From the NCBI GenBank assembly GCA_934463035.1, contig CAKSIG010000003.1, positions 96,049-160,048 of the forward strand: a stretch of 64,000 bases of DNA, given 5' to 3'. The DNA comes from an uncultured Eubacteriales bacterium. Its GTDB lineage: Bacteria > Bacillota > Clostridia > Oscillospirales > Acutalibacteraceae. Below are positions 16,345-24,571 of this stretch, one piece after another. Within the stretch, counting starts at the first letter, position 1, and every line of letters begins with the position of its first letter. The notes below the pieces were generated by a model that saw only the letters and a list, made by a program, of their open reading frames with translations, searched no databases and was not told where the DNA came from. The position numbers were made by a program, and so were the translations under genes.

Positions 16345-16368
16345 TTTTCAATAGCAAATAATATAACC

Positions 16369-16413
16369 AAAATCGGCAAAAGCATATTTAAAATGCTTTT
16401 GCCGATTTTTATT
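16369..16413 (+). terminator. Rho-independent terminator of the MMPL operon
   Basis: 17-bp stem AAAATCGGCAAAAGCAT / ATGCTTTTGCCGATTTT followed by a T-rich tail. Confidence 0.85.
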
Positions 16414-16552
16414 TAGTAGGCGTCAGAGGTCAGGTGATGGGAAAAATGCTGGTATAAAAAAATGAAAAAAACATATTCGTTAAAAAAATAACAATATTTT
16501 CACTTTAAATTTATTGGTTTTAAAAAAGAATGTTATATTTTTAACAATCCTA

Positions 16553-16581
16553 TTGACATTTAGGAAAGATTTGTATATAAT
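16553..16581 (+). promoter_or_regulatory. Consensus sigma-A promoter of serC-serA
   Basis: TTGACA (16553-16558), a 17-nt spacer, then TATAAT (16576-16581), within an AT-rich upstream region (16440-16550). The leader to the start codon is only about 30 nt. Confidence 0.7.
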
Positions 16582-16616
16582 GTATTGGTACTTAATTTTA
16601 TCGGAGGTTTTACTTT

Positions 16617-17699
16617 ATGGCAAGAGTTTATAATTTCAGTGCAGGTCCTTCAATGCTGCCTGAGGAGGTTTTGAAGACAGCCGCCGCGGAAATGCTGGAA
16701 TATGGCGAAACGGGACAGTCGGTTATGGAGATGTCCCACCGTTCAAAAGAATACGGCGAGATAATCAAGCAGGCTGAGGCTGATCTGCGTGAAATAATGA
16801 ATATACCCGACGATTACGAGGTTTTGTTCCTCCAAGGCGGCGCTTCAACGCAGTTTGCAATGGTTCCGTTCAACCTTATGAATAAAAATCACAAGGCTGA
16901 TTATATCATTACGGGTCAGTGGGCAAACAAGGCTTACAAGGAGGCCGCAAGATACGGCAATGCCCGTGTTGTTGCTTCGTCTGCCGACAAGACCTATTCT
17001 TATATCCCGAAGACCAAGAGGGAAGATTTCGACCCCGAGGCCGATTATGTTCACATTTGTATGAACAACACAATTTACGGTACTAAGTATCACGAGCTGC
17101 CCGACACAGGCGACGTTCCGCTGGTTGCGGATATTTCAAGCTGTATTCTTTCGGAGCCTATCGACGTTACAAAGTTCGGTGTTCTCTATGCGGGCGCACA
17201 GAAAAACGTTGCTCCTGCGGGCGTTACTATCGTTATAATCCGCAAGGATCTTATAGGAAACGCTATGGATATTACTCCGACTATGCTTAACTATAAGACC
17301 CACGCAGACAACGGTTCTATGTTCAACACTCCGCCTTGCTACACCATCTACATTGCAGGACTTACCTTTAAGTGGATAAAGAAGCTCGGCGGTCTTGAAG
17401 AAATGAAGAAGATCAACGAGAAAAAAGCAAAAATTCTATATGATTTCCTTGATTCAAGCAAGCTGTTCAAGGGTACGGTTGTTCCCGAGGACCGCTCTTT
17501 AATGAACGTTCCGTTTGTTACGGGTGACGAGGAGCTTGACGCGAAATTTGTTGCCGAGGCTAAGAAGGCGGGCTTTGTAAACATCAAGGGTCACCGCACC
17601 GTGGGCGGTATGCGTGCTTCTATCTACAACGCTATGCCTGTTGAGGGCGTTGAAAAGCTCGTAGCATTTATGAAAAAATTTGAAGAGGAAAATGCGTAA
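16617..17699 (+). CDS. serC: 3-phosphoserine/phosphohydroxythreonine aminotransferase
   Basis: 360 aa. N-terminal NFSAGPSMLP and the PLP-lysine region YAGAQKNVAPAG. Confidence 0.95.
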   Translation: MARVYNFSAGPSMLPEEVLKTAAAEMLEYGETGQSVMEMSHRSKEYGEIIKQAEADLREIMNIPDDYEVLFLQGGASTQFAMVPFNLMNKNHKADYIITGQWANKAYKEAARYGNARVVASSADKTYSYIPKTKREDFDPEADYVHICMNNTIYGTKYHELPDTGDVPLVADISSCILSEPIDVTKFGVLYAGAQKNVAPAGVTIVIIRKDLIGNAMDITPTMLNYKTHADNGSMFNTPPCYTIYIAGLTFKWIKKLGGLEEMKKINEKKAKILYDFLDSSKLFKGTVVPEDRSLMNVPFVTGDEELDAKFVAEAKKAGFVNIKGHRTVGGMRASIYNAMPVEGVEKLVAFMKKFEEENA

Positions 17700-18859
17700 T
17701 GTATAAGATTAAAACCTATAACAAGATTTCTAAAATAGGATTACAGGTATTTGACGATAAATATACTATCGGCGACGAGGTAGAAAATGCTGACGGCGCG
17801 ATAGTCCGTTCTGCCGCATTGCACGATGTCGAGTTTCCCGAAAGCCTTAAAGCGATAGCAAGAGCGGGAGCAGGCACCAACAACATTCCGATTGACCGTT
17901 GCTCGGAACAGGGTATAGTTGTTTTCAACACTCCCGGCGCAAACGCCAATGCGGTTAAAGAGCTGGTAATTGCGGGACTTCTCATTTCATCACGCCGTGT
18001 TATTTCGGGTATCGAATGGGCAAAGACCCTTAAAGGCAACGGGGACGAAGTCGGCAAGATGGTTGAGAAAGGCAAGAGTGCCTTTGCGGGACCCGAAATC
18101 AAGGGCAAGACTATCGGCGTTATCGGTCTCGGCGCTATCGGCGTTATGGTTGCCAATGCCGCCAATGCACTCGGTATGAAGGTTTACGGCTATGACCCGT
18201 ATCTCTCGGTAAAATCGGCTTGGAACCTTACTCACAACGCAATACACATTTTTGATATAAACGAAATATTTGAAAAGTGCGATTATATTACAATTCACGT
18301 ACCGCTTACCCCCGATACAAAAAATCTTGTAAATGCTGAGGCAATCGCCAAGATGAAGACGGGCGTGCGCATACTCAACTTTGCGAGAGGCGGTCTTGTA
18401 AACAGCACCGACTTAAAGGCGGCGCTTGAATCGGGCAAGGTTGCGGCTTATGTAACCGATTTCCCGTCGGACGACGTTCTTGATGTTGACGGCGTTATAG
18501 CTATCCCGCATTTGGGCGCGTCTACACCCGAATCGGAGGACAACTGCGCTACTATGGCGGCGCGCGAGCTTATCGACTATATAGAGAACGGAAACATTGA
18601 AAATTCCGTAAATCTGCCTGAAATTTCAATGCCGCGGAGCGGTGAAAAGCGCATCTGCGTAATTCACAAGAATATACCGAATATGCTTACCGCAATAACG
18701 GGAATATTTGCAAACGACGGTATTAATATTGAAAATCTGCTCAACAAGTCGCGCGGCGATTACGCTTATACAATGCTTGACATCGGCGCGGGAGACACAA
18801 CCTCGGTTGCTGAAAAGATTGAAGCGATAGACGGCGTTATCAGAGTAAGAATAGTATAA
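17699..18859 (+). CDS. serA: D-3-phosphoglycerate dehydrogenase (with C-terminal ACT domain)
   Basis: 386 aa. NAD-binding GVIGLGAIGVMVA, the 2-hydroxyacid dehydrogenase catalytic region (NFARGGLV...HLGAST), and a C-terminal ACT-like ~70 aa. The start overlaps the serC stop (TAATG). Confidence 0.9.
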   Translation: MYKIKTYNKISKIGLQVFDDKYTIGDEVENADGAIVRSAALHDVEFPESLKAIARAGAGTNNIPIDRCSEQGIVVFNTPGANANAVKELVIAGLLISSRRVISGIEWAKTLKGNGDEVGKMVEKGKSAFAGPEIKGKTIGVIGLGAIGVMVANAANALGMKVYGYDPYLSVKSAWNLTHNAIHIFDINEIFEKCDYITIHVPLTPDTKNLVNAEAIAKMKTGVRILNFARGGLVNSTDLKAALESGKVAAYVTDFPSDDVLDVDGVIAIPHLGASTPESEDNCATMAARELIDYIENGNIENSVNLPEISMPRSGEKRICVIHKNIPNMLTAITGIFANDGINIENLLNKSRGDYAYTMLDIGAGDTTSVAEKIEAIDGVIRVRIV

Positions 18860-18867
18860 AATAAGAT

Positions 18868-18899
18868 ATGTCGGGTTCAAAAGACCCGACATATTTTTT
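18868..18899. terminator. Bidirectional terminator between serA and the convergent GerQ-like gene
   Basis: ATGTCGGGT / ACCCGACAT stem followed by ATTTTTT. Confidence 0.75.
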
Positions 18900-19290
18900 A
18901 TACGTTCAGTCTGTTTAGGTCGTTGTCGTGCGCAACGGTTACAAATTTCAGGCAATGCAGGTCGCAGACCACGCTTGCGCTGCCGTGGCACAGCTTTAAT
19001 TCTATAAAATCCGCGCCGACTTTTAATATCCAACCGATTTTTGTTTCAAGCCTGTCGCCGATAAGAAATTCCGCGCGCACCAGCTTTCCTATATACTTTG
19101 AAAGGAAAGACGGCATAAAATCAGTATTGCTGAGAACGGTGTTCTTTCTGTTCATTGCAGGGCTTATCACCGAAACGTCTTTGCTTATTTTACAACTGCT
19201 GTTTTCGCCGCCTGTATGTTGACTGTCAATATAATTTTGATATGCTTTAAGGTCGTTTTCCGAACTTATTGTGGGAAGTTGCTTGTTCAT
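18898..19290 (-). CDS. Small GerQ-like (spore coat protein-like) protein
   Basis: 130 aa. The C-terminal half SFLSKYIGKLVRAEFLIGDRLETKIGWILKVGADFIELKLCHGSASVVCDLHCLKFVTVAHD follows the GerQ pattern (L..N.GK...F......G.I...G.D.I.L.........L..I.FVT). AAGGAG RBS. The assignment is from memory of B. subtilis GerQ. Confidence 0.45.
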   Translation of the reverse strand: MNKQLPTISSENDLKAYQNYIDSQHTGGENSSCKISKDVSVISPAMNRKNTVLSNTDFMPSFLSKYIGKLVRAEFLIGDRLETKIGWILKVGADFIELKLCHGSASVVCDLHCLKFVTVAHDNDLNRLNV

Positions 19291-19337
19291 ATACTCACTC
19301 CTTTGCGTCTTGTCTATTATATGATAATTTTATAAAA

Positions 19338-19382
19338 GCGGTCAAAAATAACTTTGACCGCGAGGGGTATTTGTATTATAAT
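19338..19382 (+). promoter_or_regulatory. deoD promoter with a perfect inverted repeat overlapping the -35
   Basis: GCGGTCAAA (19338-19346), 7 nt, then TTTGACCGC (19354-19362). The right arm contains the -35 TTGACC (19354-19359), followed by a 17-nt spacer and TATAAT (19377-19382). Confidence 0.55.
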
Positions 19383-19424
19383 TAAAGTATAAAAGAGTTT
19401 AATGTTTTCGGAGGTATATTTGTT

Positions 19425-20153
19425 ATGTCTAAACCTTATCCTACACCGCACATAAACGCTTCGCCCGACGATTTTGCAAAGACGGTGCTTATGCCCGGCG
19501 ATCCGCACAGGTCGCACCTTGTCGCAAAAGAATTTTTAAGCGGCGCAAAACTCGTGAACAACGTAAGAGGAGTACAGGGCTATACGGGAACGTATAAGGG
19601 AATACCCGTCAGCGTTATGGCAAGCGGAATGGGTATGCCGTCAATGGGAATATACTCTTATGAGCTTTTTAACTTTTTCGGGGTCGATAATATTATAAGA
19701 ATAGGCTCCGCAGGAGCGTACAATAAAAATATCAAGGTTAGGGATGTTGTAATAGCCGAGGGCGCCTGCACCGATTCTAATTATATAAACGGTTTCGGAC
19801 TGTCGGGCAATTTTTCACCGATTGCCGACTACAAGCTGTTAAGCCGCGCTGTTAATGCCGCCGAAAAATCGGGAGTAAAATTTCACGTGGGCAACGTTAT
19901 TTCAAGCGATTGTTTTTACAGGGAAAATTCCGAGAATTTTGTGAAATCGTGGTCAAAAATGGGCGTTATGGCGGTCGAAATGGAAACGGCGGCGCTTTAT
20001 ATCAACGCGGCAAGAGCGGGGAAATCGGCTGTTTCGGTCTGCACCGTCTCAGACCACCTTATAACGGGTGAGTCAACAACGTCGGAGGAAAGACAAAATT
20101 CATTCACCGATATGATTAAAATAGCTCTCGAAACCGCTGTTTCGGCGGATTAA
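19425..20153 (+). CDS. deoD: Purine nucleoside phosphorylase, DeoD type
   Basis: 242 aa. PTPHINASPDDFAKTVLMPGDPHRSHLVAKEFL and the MEtAALY-type motif VEMETAALY. Confidence 0.9.
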   Translation: MSKPYPTPHINASPDDFAKTVLMPGDPHRSHLVAKEFLSGAKLVNNVRGVQGYTGTYKGIPVSVMASGMGMPSMGIYSYELFNFFGVDNIIRIGSAGAYNKNIKVRDVVIAEGACTDSNYINGFGLSGNFSPIADYKLLSRAVNAAEKSGVKFHVGNVISSDCFYRENSENFVKSWSKMGVMAVEMETAALYINAARAGKSAVSVCTVSDHLITGESTTSEERQNSFTDMIKIALETAVSAD

Positions 20154-20172
20154 AGGCTTGAAAAAATTTGAT

Positions 20173-20220
20173 AATACGCAATGCTGAACTATGAAATTCG
20201 GCATTGCGTATTATTTTTTT
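20173..20220 (+). terminator. Rho-independent terminator after deoD
   Basis: AATACGCAATGC / GCATTGCGTATT stem with a 16-nt loop, followed by ATTTTTTT. Confidence 0.75.
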
Positions 20221-20251
20221 ATGAAAAAATTTGCCAAAATAAAAAAAGTGC

Positions 20252-20280
20252 TTGATTTTTCCACTAAGTGGCATTATAAT
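20252..20280 (+). promoter_or_regulatory. Sigma-A promoter of the dcw (mraZ) operon
   Basis: TTGATT (20252-20257), a 17-nt spacer, then TATAAT (20275-20280). Confidence 0.7.
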
Positions 20281-20288
20281 ACAGATAT

Positions 20289-20335
20289 GTGGAGCAAAGT
20301 GGAGTAAAAAACCATTAAAGTGTAGCAAAGTGGAG
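20289..20335 (+). promoter_or_regulatory. Putative MraZ operator: array of AAAGTGG/T direct repeats in the mraZ leader
   Basis: GTGGAGCAAAGTGGAG (20289-20304) and GTGTAGCAAAGTGGAG (20320-20335) are a 16-nt unit repeated with one mismatch. GTGG/T cores start at 20289, 20299, 20320 and 20330 (10- and 21-bp phasing). Weaker copies lie at 20248 and 20268. Confidence 0.6.
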
Positions 20336-20353
20336 AAATCGGAGGTGAAAATC

Positions 20354-20779
20354 GTGCTTTTCGGAGGCTATCAACACAATATAGATAAGAAGGGCAGGGT
20401 TTTCATTCCCTCAAAGTTCCGTGATGAACTCGGCGACAGCTTTATAATCTGCCGCGGAATTTACGGAAAACGTTGCCTTTGCGTCTATTCTTCTGCCGAG
20501 TGGGACAAGCTCGTTGAGAAGATAGGAACACTTCCCAGCACCAAATCAAGCGCGGTGAAACGTTTTTTGTATGACGGCGCGTTTAATGTTGAGTTCGACG
20601 CGCAAGGACGTATACTTATCCCTGCCGCTCTCAGAGAATATGCTCAGCTTGACGGTGAAGCGCACATAATCGGTATGGATACCAACCTTGAAATATGGAA
20701 CACAGCTCTCTGGGCTGATGAGAACAGCAAATACACACCTGAATCCGTTGCTTCCATAATGGAAGAGTTGAATTTTTAA
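20354..20779 (+). CDS. mraZ: Transcriptional regulator MraZ
   Basis: The GTG start at 20354 lies 8 nt after GGAGG (20341-20345) and gives the canonical (M)LFGGYQHNIDKKGRVFIPSKFRDEL. A second DxxGR repeat (FDAQGRILIPAALRE) is present. The track ORF start at 20252 lies inside the promoter. Confidence 0.9.
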   Translation: MLFGGYQHNIDKKGRVFIPSKFRDELGDSFIICRGIYGKRCLCVYSSAEWDKLVEKIGTLPSTKSSAVKRFLYDGAFNVEFDAQGRILIPAALREYAQLDGEAHIIGMDTNLEIWNTALWADENSKYTPESVASIMEELNF

Positions 20780-20781
20780 AA

Positions 20782-21702
20782 ATGGAATTTAAACATATTT
20801 CGGTGTTGCTGAACGAAACTGTTTCGGCGCTTAATATCCGTCCCGACGGAATTTATGTTGACGGGACCGCAGGCGGTGCGGGTCACTCGCTTGAAATAGC
20901 AAAGAAACTCACAAGCGGAAGACTGATAGCGCTTGACAGAGATCCTGACGCTGTAAAAATTGCTTCCGAAAGGTTGAAAGGCTATCCCGCCGACGTTGTA
21001 AAAAGCAATTTCAGCGATATGGACACGGTTCTTCAAAATATGAATATACGCAGTGTTGACGGTATTTTGTTAGACCTCGGAGTATCCTCCTATCAGTTAG
21101 ATAATGCACAGCGCGGTTTTTCGTTTCATAAAGACGCCGAGCTTGATATGAGAATGAGCAAGGACGGAATATCCGCCGAGGATATTGTCAATAATTTCAG
21201 CGAAGCACAGCTTTGCGAAATATTCAGGAAATACGGCGAAGAAAAGTTCGCGGCACGTATAGCGGCACGGATAGTAAGAGAACGCGAAAAGGCGCGAATA
21301 ACCTCAACGATTCAGCTTGCCGATATAATTTCAGCCGCGGTTCCTGCCGCCGCAAGGCGAGACGCACATCCTGCCCGCCGTTGCTTTCAGGCTATAAGAA
21401 TAGCGGTGAACGGCGAGCTTGACGAGTTGGAAAATGTCTTGGACAAAGCGTTTTCTTTGCTTAAACCGAACGGCGTGCTTGCAATAATAACCTTCCATTC
21501 GCTTGAAGACAGAATGGTTAAGCATAAATTCAGCGAATACTGCAAGGGCTGTATATGCCCGCCTGATTTTCCCGTGTGCGTGTGCGGCAGAGAACCGCAA
21601 GGTCACCTGCTTACGAAAAAACCTATTGAGCCGTCTGCGGACGAGCTTGAAAATAATCCAAGAAGCAGAAGCGCTAAATTAAGGGTAATAATTAAGAATT
21701 AA
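20782..21702 (+). CDS. rsmH: 16S rRNA (cytosine1402-N4)-methyltransferase
   Basis: 306 aa. HISVLLNE, the SAM motif GIYVDGTAGGAGHS, and FHSLEDR. Confidence 0.95.
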   Translation: MEFKHISVLLNETVSALNIRPDGIYVDGTAGGAGHSLEIAKKLTSGRLIALDRDPDAVKIASERLKGYPADVVKSNFSDMDTVLQNMNIRSVDGILLDLGVSSYQLDNAQRGFSFHKDAELDMRMSKDGISAEDIVNNFSEAQLCEIFRKYGEEKFAARIAARIVREREKARITSTIQLADIISAAVPAAARRDAHPARRCFQAIRIAVNGELDELENVLDKAFSLLKPNGVLAIITFHSLEDRMVKHKFSEYCKGCICPPDFPVCVCGREPQGHLLTKKPIEPSADELENNPRSRSAKLRVIIKN

Positions 21703-21714
21703 GGAGAAGCCGAA

Positions 21715-22188
21715 ATGAACAATTTAAAGTATTATAACGACAGTCTTGCGTATGATTTTGAAATGTTTGCGCCGCGCAATACGGCACAAAAGGCAAGAGA
21801 GCGCGATAATATAGTGGCTATGCCGAAAAAACGTGTAGCGGCGGCAAAAAGACAGGCGGCGGCGACAAAAAAGCTGTCGGCATCGGCGTTTGCCGTTATG
21901 AGCACCGTGTTTATTTTGGCGGCGCTTTGCGGTAATATTGCTTTAAGGCTCAGCATAAACGAGGTCAATTCCGAAATCAATGACGTAAAGTCGTCAATTT
22001 CCGAGCTTGACAGCGTAAAGACAAGCCTTGAAGTTGAAATGCAGCGTAAAATTTCTTACGCTAATATCGAGCTTGAAGCCACTCAGCTCGGTATGAAGAA
22101 GTTGGAAAAGGATCAGGTGACCTATATAAGGGTCAACGATAAGAATTCCGCAAAAACCTCTGACGGCAATATTGTTTCGGCGGAGTAA
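21715..22188 (+). CDS. ftsL: FtsL-like cell division protein
   Basis: 157 aa. It has one TM (AFAVMSTVFILAALCGNIAL) followed by a coiled-coil region, and it sits in the conserved slot between rsmH and the class B PBP. Confidence 0.65.
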   Translation: MNNLKYYNDSLAYDFEMFAPRNTAQKARERDNIVAMPKKRVAAAKRQAAATKKLSASAFAVMSTVFILAALCGNIALRLSINEVNSEINDVKSSISELDSVKTSLEVEMQRKISYANIELEATQLGMKKLEKDQVTYIRVNDKNSAKTSDGNIVSAE

Positions 22189-22231
22189 TAAACAAAAGGT
22201 AAAGGATAATATAATTATTAAGTAATAAGGG

Positions 22232-22260
22232 TACGAGAGTTGATAATTTTAACTCTCGTA
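22232..22260 (+). terminator. Hairpin between ftsL and the PBP gene (possible partial terminator or processing site)
   Basis: TACGAGAGTT / AACTCTCGTA 10-bp stem with a 9-nt AT loop. It is followed only by TTC, so it is weak as an intrinsic terminator. Confidence 0.3.
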
Positions 22261-22309
22261 TTCGGGCATTATAGATTTATAATAAAATTTGGGAAGGGAG
22301 CGTTGCGCA

Positions 22310-24562
22310 ATGTCGGTAAGACCCGGGAAAATGATGATAAAACGGTCAGTCTTGGTTATGATAGTTCTTATTCTTTCGCTGTCGTTGGTGTCGACGGGAA
22401 GCCTTGTCAGAATAATGATAATCAACGGCGAGAAGTATCAGCGCGACGCGTCTGAACAACAGCTCTACGACAGCCTTATATCTGCTCCGCGCGGCGATAT
22501 ATATGACTGTAATATGCAGGTTTTGGCTACCAGCTCTACCGCTTGGACGGTTTACATAACACCAAACGGCATTAAAACCCTGAAAGATAGGGATAAGGCT
22601 GAAAAGATACGTAAACTGATAGCCGAAAATCTGTCTTCGATACTTGAAATGGATTACGAAAAGATATACGATTATACAGGCAAGAATTCGTATTATGTAA
22701 TCGTTAAAAAGAAGATAGAAAAATCCACGGCGGACAGTGTGCGTAAGTTTATATCCGATAACAAAAAACTTGAAATAACACGGTATGTCGGTCTTGACGA
22801 AACAACAAAACGCTACTATCCGAACGATACCCTTGCGTCGGCTGTTTTGGGATTTGTCGGCGACGACGATCAGGGCCTTGCAGGAATAGAAAGCTACTAC
22901 GACAACGACCTCACAGGCGTAGCGGGACGTGTGGTAGCCGCAAAAAACGCCGCTGGAACGGATATGCCGTTTACCTATGAAAAGGTTGAAGAAGCCACAA
23001 AGGGTAAATCGGTGGTTACCACAATAGATTCATATATACAGTACACCGCCGAAAAGTATTTGCAGGCGGCTGTCGAAGAAAATCTTGTTGCGGAGCGCGG
23101 CGCGGCCGTTGTTATGAATGTAAACACGGGCGAATTGCTTGCGGTGGCTGTAAAGGGCGACTTCAATCCCAACACACCGTTTGTCCTTTCGGCGGCTGAC
23201 CAACAAAAGGTTGACGAAACGGCAGACGAAGAAGAAAAATCAAAGCTGAAATCCGAGCTTTTGAATAAACAATGGCGTAATAAGGCGGTATCCGATACCT
23301 ACGAACCGGGTTCGGTATTCAAAATAGTAACGGCATCAATAGGTCTTGAAGAAAACCTTATAAACCAAAAAAGCACTTTTAACTGCTCTTATGTAATAAA
23401 TGTCGCGGGAAACACCTATCACTGCCATAAAACAAGCGGTCACGGGGTTCAAAATCTTGCTCAGGCAATATCAAATTCCTGCAACCCCGCGTTTATAACA
23501 ATAGGCAGTCTTATCGGAACTCAAACATTTTCTAAATACTTTAAGGCGTTCGGTTTCACTGAAAAAACAGGGGTTGACCTGCCCGGCGAGGCGGTTTCAA
23601 CATATCATAAAGAGGAGAAAATGGGACCCACCGAGCTTGCTTCTTCTTCATTCGGTCAGACATTTAACGTCACGCCTATGCAGCTGATAACGGCTGTTTC
23701 TGCCGCGGTGAACGGCGGTTATCTTGTTCAGCCGCACGTTGTAAGTAAAATACTTGATGAAAACAACAAGGTAGTGGAAACAAAATCGACAGGGTATAAG
23801 CGTCAGGTAATATCCAATACAACGTCCGCTACAATGCGTGAACTGCTTGAATATGTTTCGCAGAACGGCGTAAAAAATTCTTACGTAGCGGGATACAGAG
23901 TGGGCGCTAAATCAGGTACTTCTCAAAAGGTTTCAAAGATACTGACAACAGGAAGACGCGATATATACATAGGCTCCTGTGTTACATTTGCCCCGATAGA
24001 CGATCCCCAAATAGCCGTGTTGGTTCTGCTTGACGAACCGACGGCGGGTCAGTTCTACGGCGGCACCATTTCGGCGCCTGTTTGCGCCAAGATTATGGCA
24101 GACGCACTGCCTTACCTCGGTTATGAACCTCAGTATACCGAAAACGAGCTTAAAAGCCTTGCTAAGAGCGTTCCCGACACCGTCGGAAGCAATATATCGG
24201 ACGCTAAGGGTAAGATAAACTCGGCAAATCTGAGCTATAAAGTCGTAGGAAACGGTGAGACGGTTCTGCGGCAGTTACCCGAGGCAGGAAGCTCTATTTA
24301 TAACGGCGGCGTGGTTATACTGTATACGGACGGTGATTCGGGAATGTCTGTAACAGTTCCGAACCTCGTCGGTCTTACCGCTACCGAGGCAAATGCAGCG
24401 GCGGCAAGCGCGGGTATAAATATCGAGTTTTCGGGTAATACATCGACAAGCGGTTTGAAATCTTACAGACAGAGTGTTGAGGCGGGCGCAAGCGTCCCCG
24501 CAGGACAGATAGTAACGGTGTATTTCAGAGACGAAAGTTCCGCAGATTTTGCGGCAGAATAG
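22310..24562 (+). CDS. Class B penicillin-binding protein (FtsI/PBP2B/SpoVD family) with two C-terminal PASTA domains
   Basis: ATG 22310 follows GGGAAGGGAG (22291-22300). It has an N-terminal TM, a PBP dimer domain, and transpeptidase motifs SVFK, SNS (ISNSCN) and KSGT. Two PASTA repeats are present (VPDTVGSNISDAKGKI... and VPNLVGLTATEANAAA...). Confidence 0.9.
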   Translation: MSVRPGKMMIKRSVLVMIVLILSLSLVSTGSLVRIMIINGEKYQRDASEQQLYDSLISAPRGDIYDCNMQVLATSSTAWTVYITPNGIKTLKDRDKAEKIRKLIAENLSSILEMDYEKIYDYTGKNSYYVIVKKKIEKSTADSVRKFISDNKKLEITRYVGLDETTKRYYPNDTLASAVLGFVGDDDQGLAGIESYYDNDLTGVAGRVVAAKNAAGTDMPFTYEKVEEATKGKSVVTTIDSYIQYTAEKYLQAAVEENLVAERGAAVVMNVNTGELLAVAVKGDFNPNTPFVLSAADQQKVDETADEEEKSKLKSELLNKQWRNKAVSDTYEPGSVFKIVTASIGLEENLINQKSTFNCSYVINVAGNTYHCHKTSGHGVQNLAQAISNSCNPAFITIGSLIGTQTFSKYFKAFGFTEKTGVDLPGEAVSTYHKEEKMGPTELASSSFGQTFNVTPMQLITAVSAAVNGGYLVQPHVVSKILDENNKVVETKSTGYKRQVISNTTSATMRELLEYVSQNGVKNSYVAGYRVGAKSGTSQKVSKILTTGRRDIYIGSCVTFAPIDDPQIAVLVLLDEPTAGQFYGGTISAPVCAKIMADALPYLGYEPQYTENELKSLAKSVPDTVGSNISDAKGKINSANLSYKVVGNGETVLRQLPEAGSSIYNGGVVILYTDGDSGMSVTVPNLVGLTATEANAAAASAGINIEFSGNTSTSGLKSYRQSVEAGASVPAGQIVTVYFRDESSADFAAE

Positions 24563-24571
24563 GAGATAAAA

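Noticed and set aside
16345-16616. Long AT-rich serC upstream region considered as a T-box or riboswitch leader
   Set aside because: The consensus promoter at 16553-16581 leaves only about 30 nt of leader. No specifier or antiterminator-like helices are visible upstream, and the region reads as an UP-element-like A/T tract.
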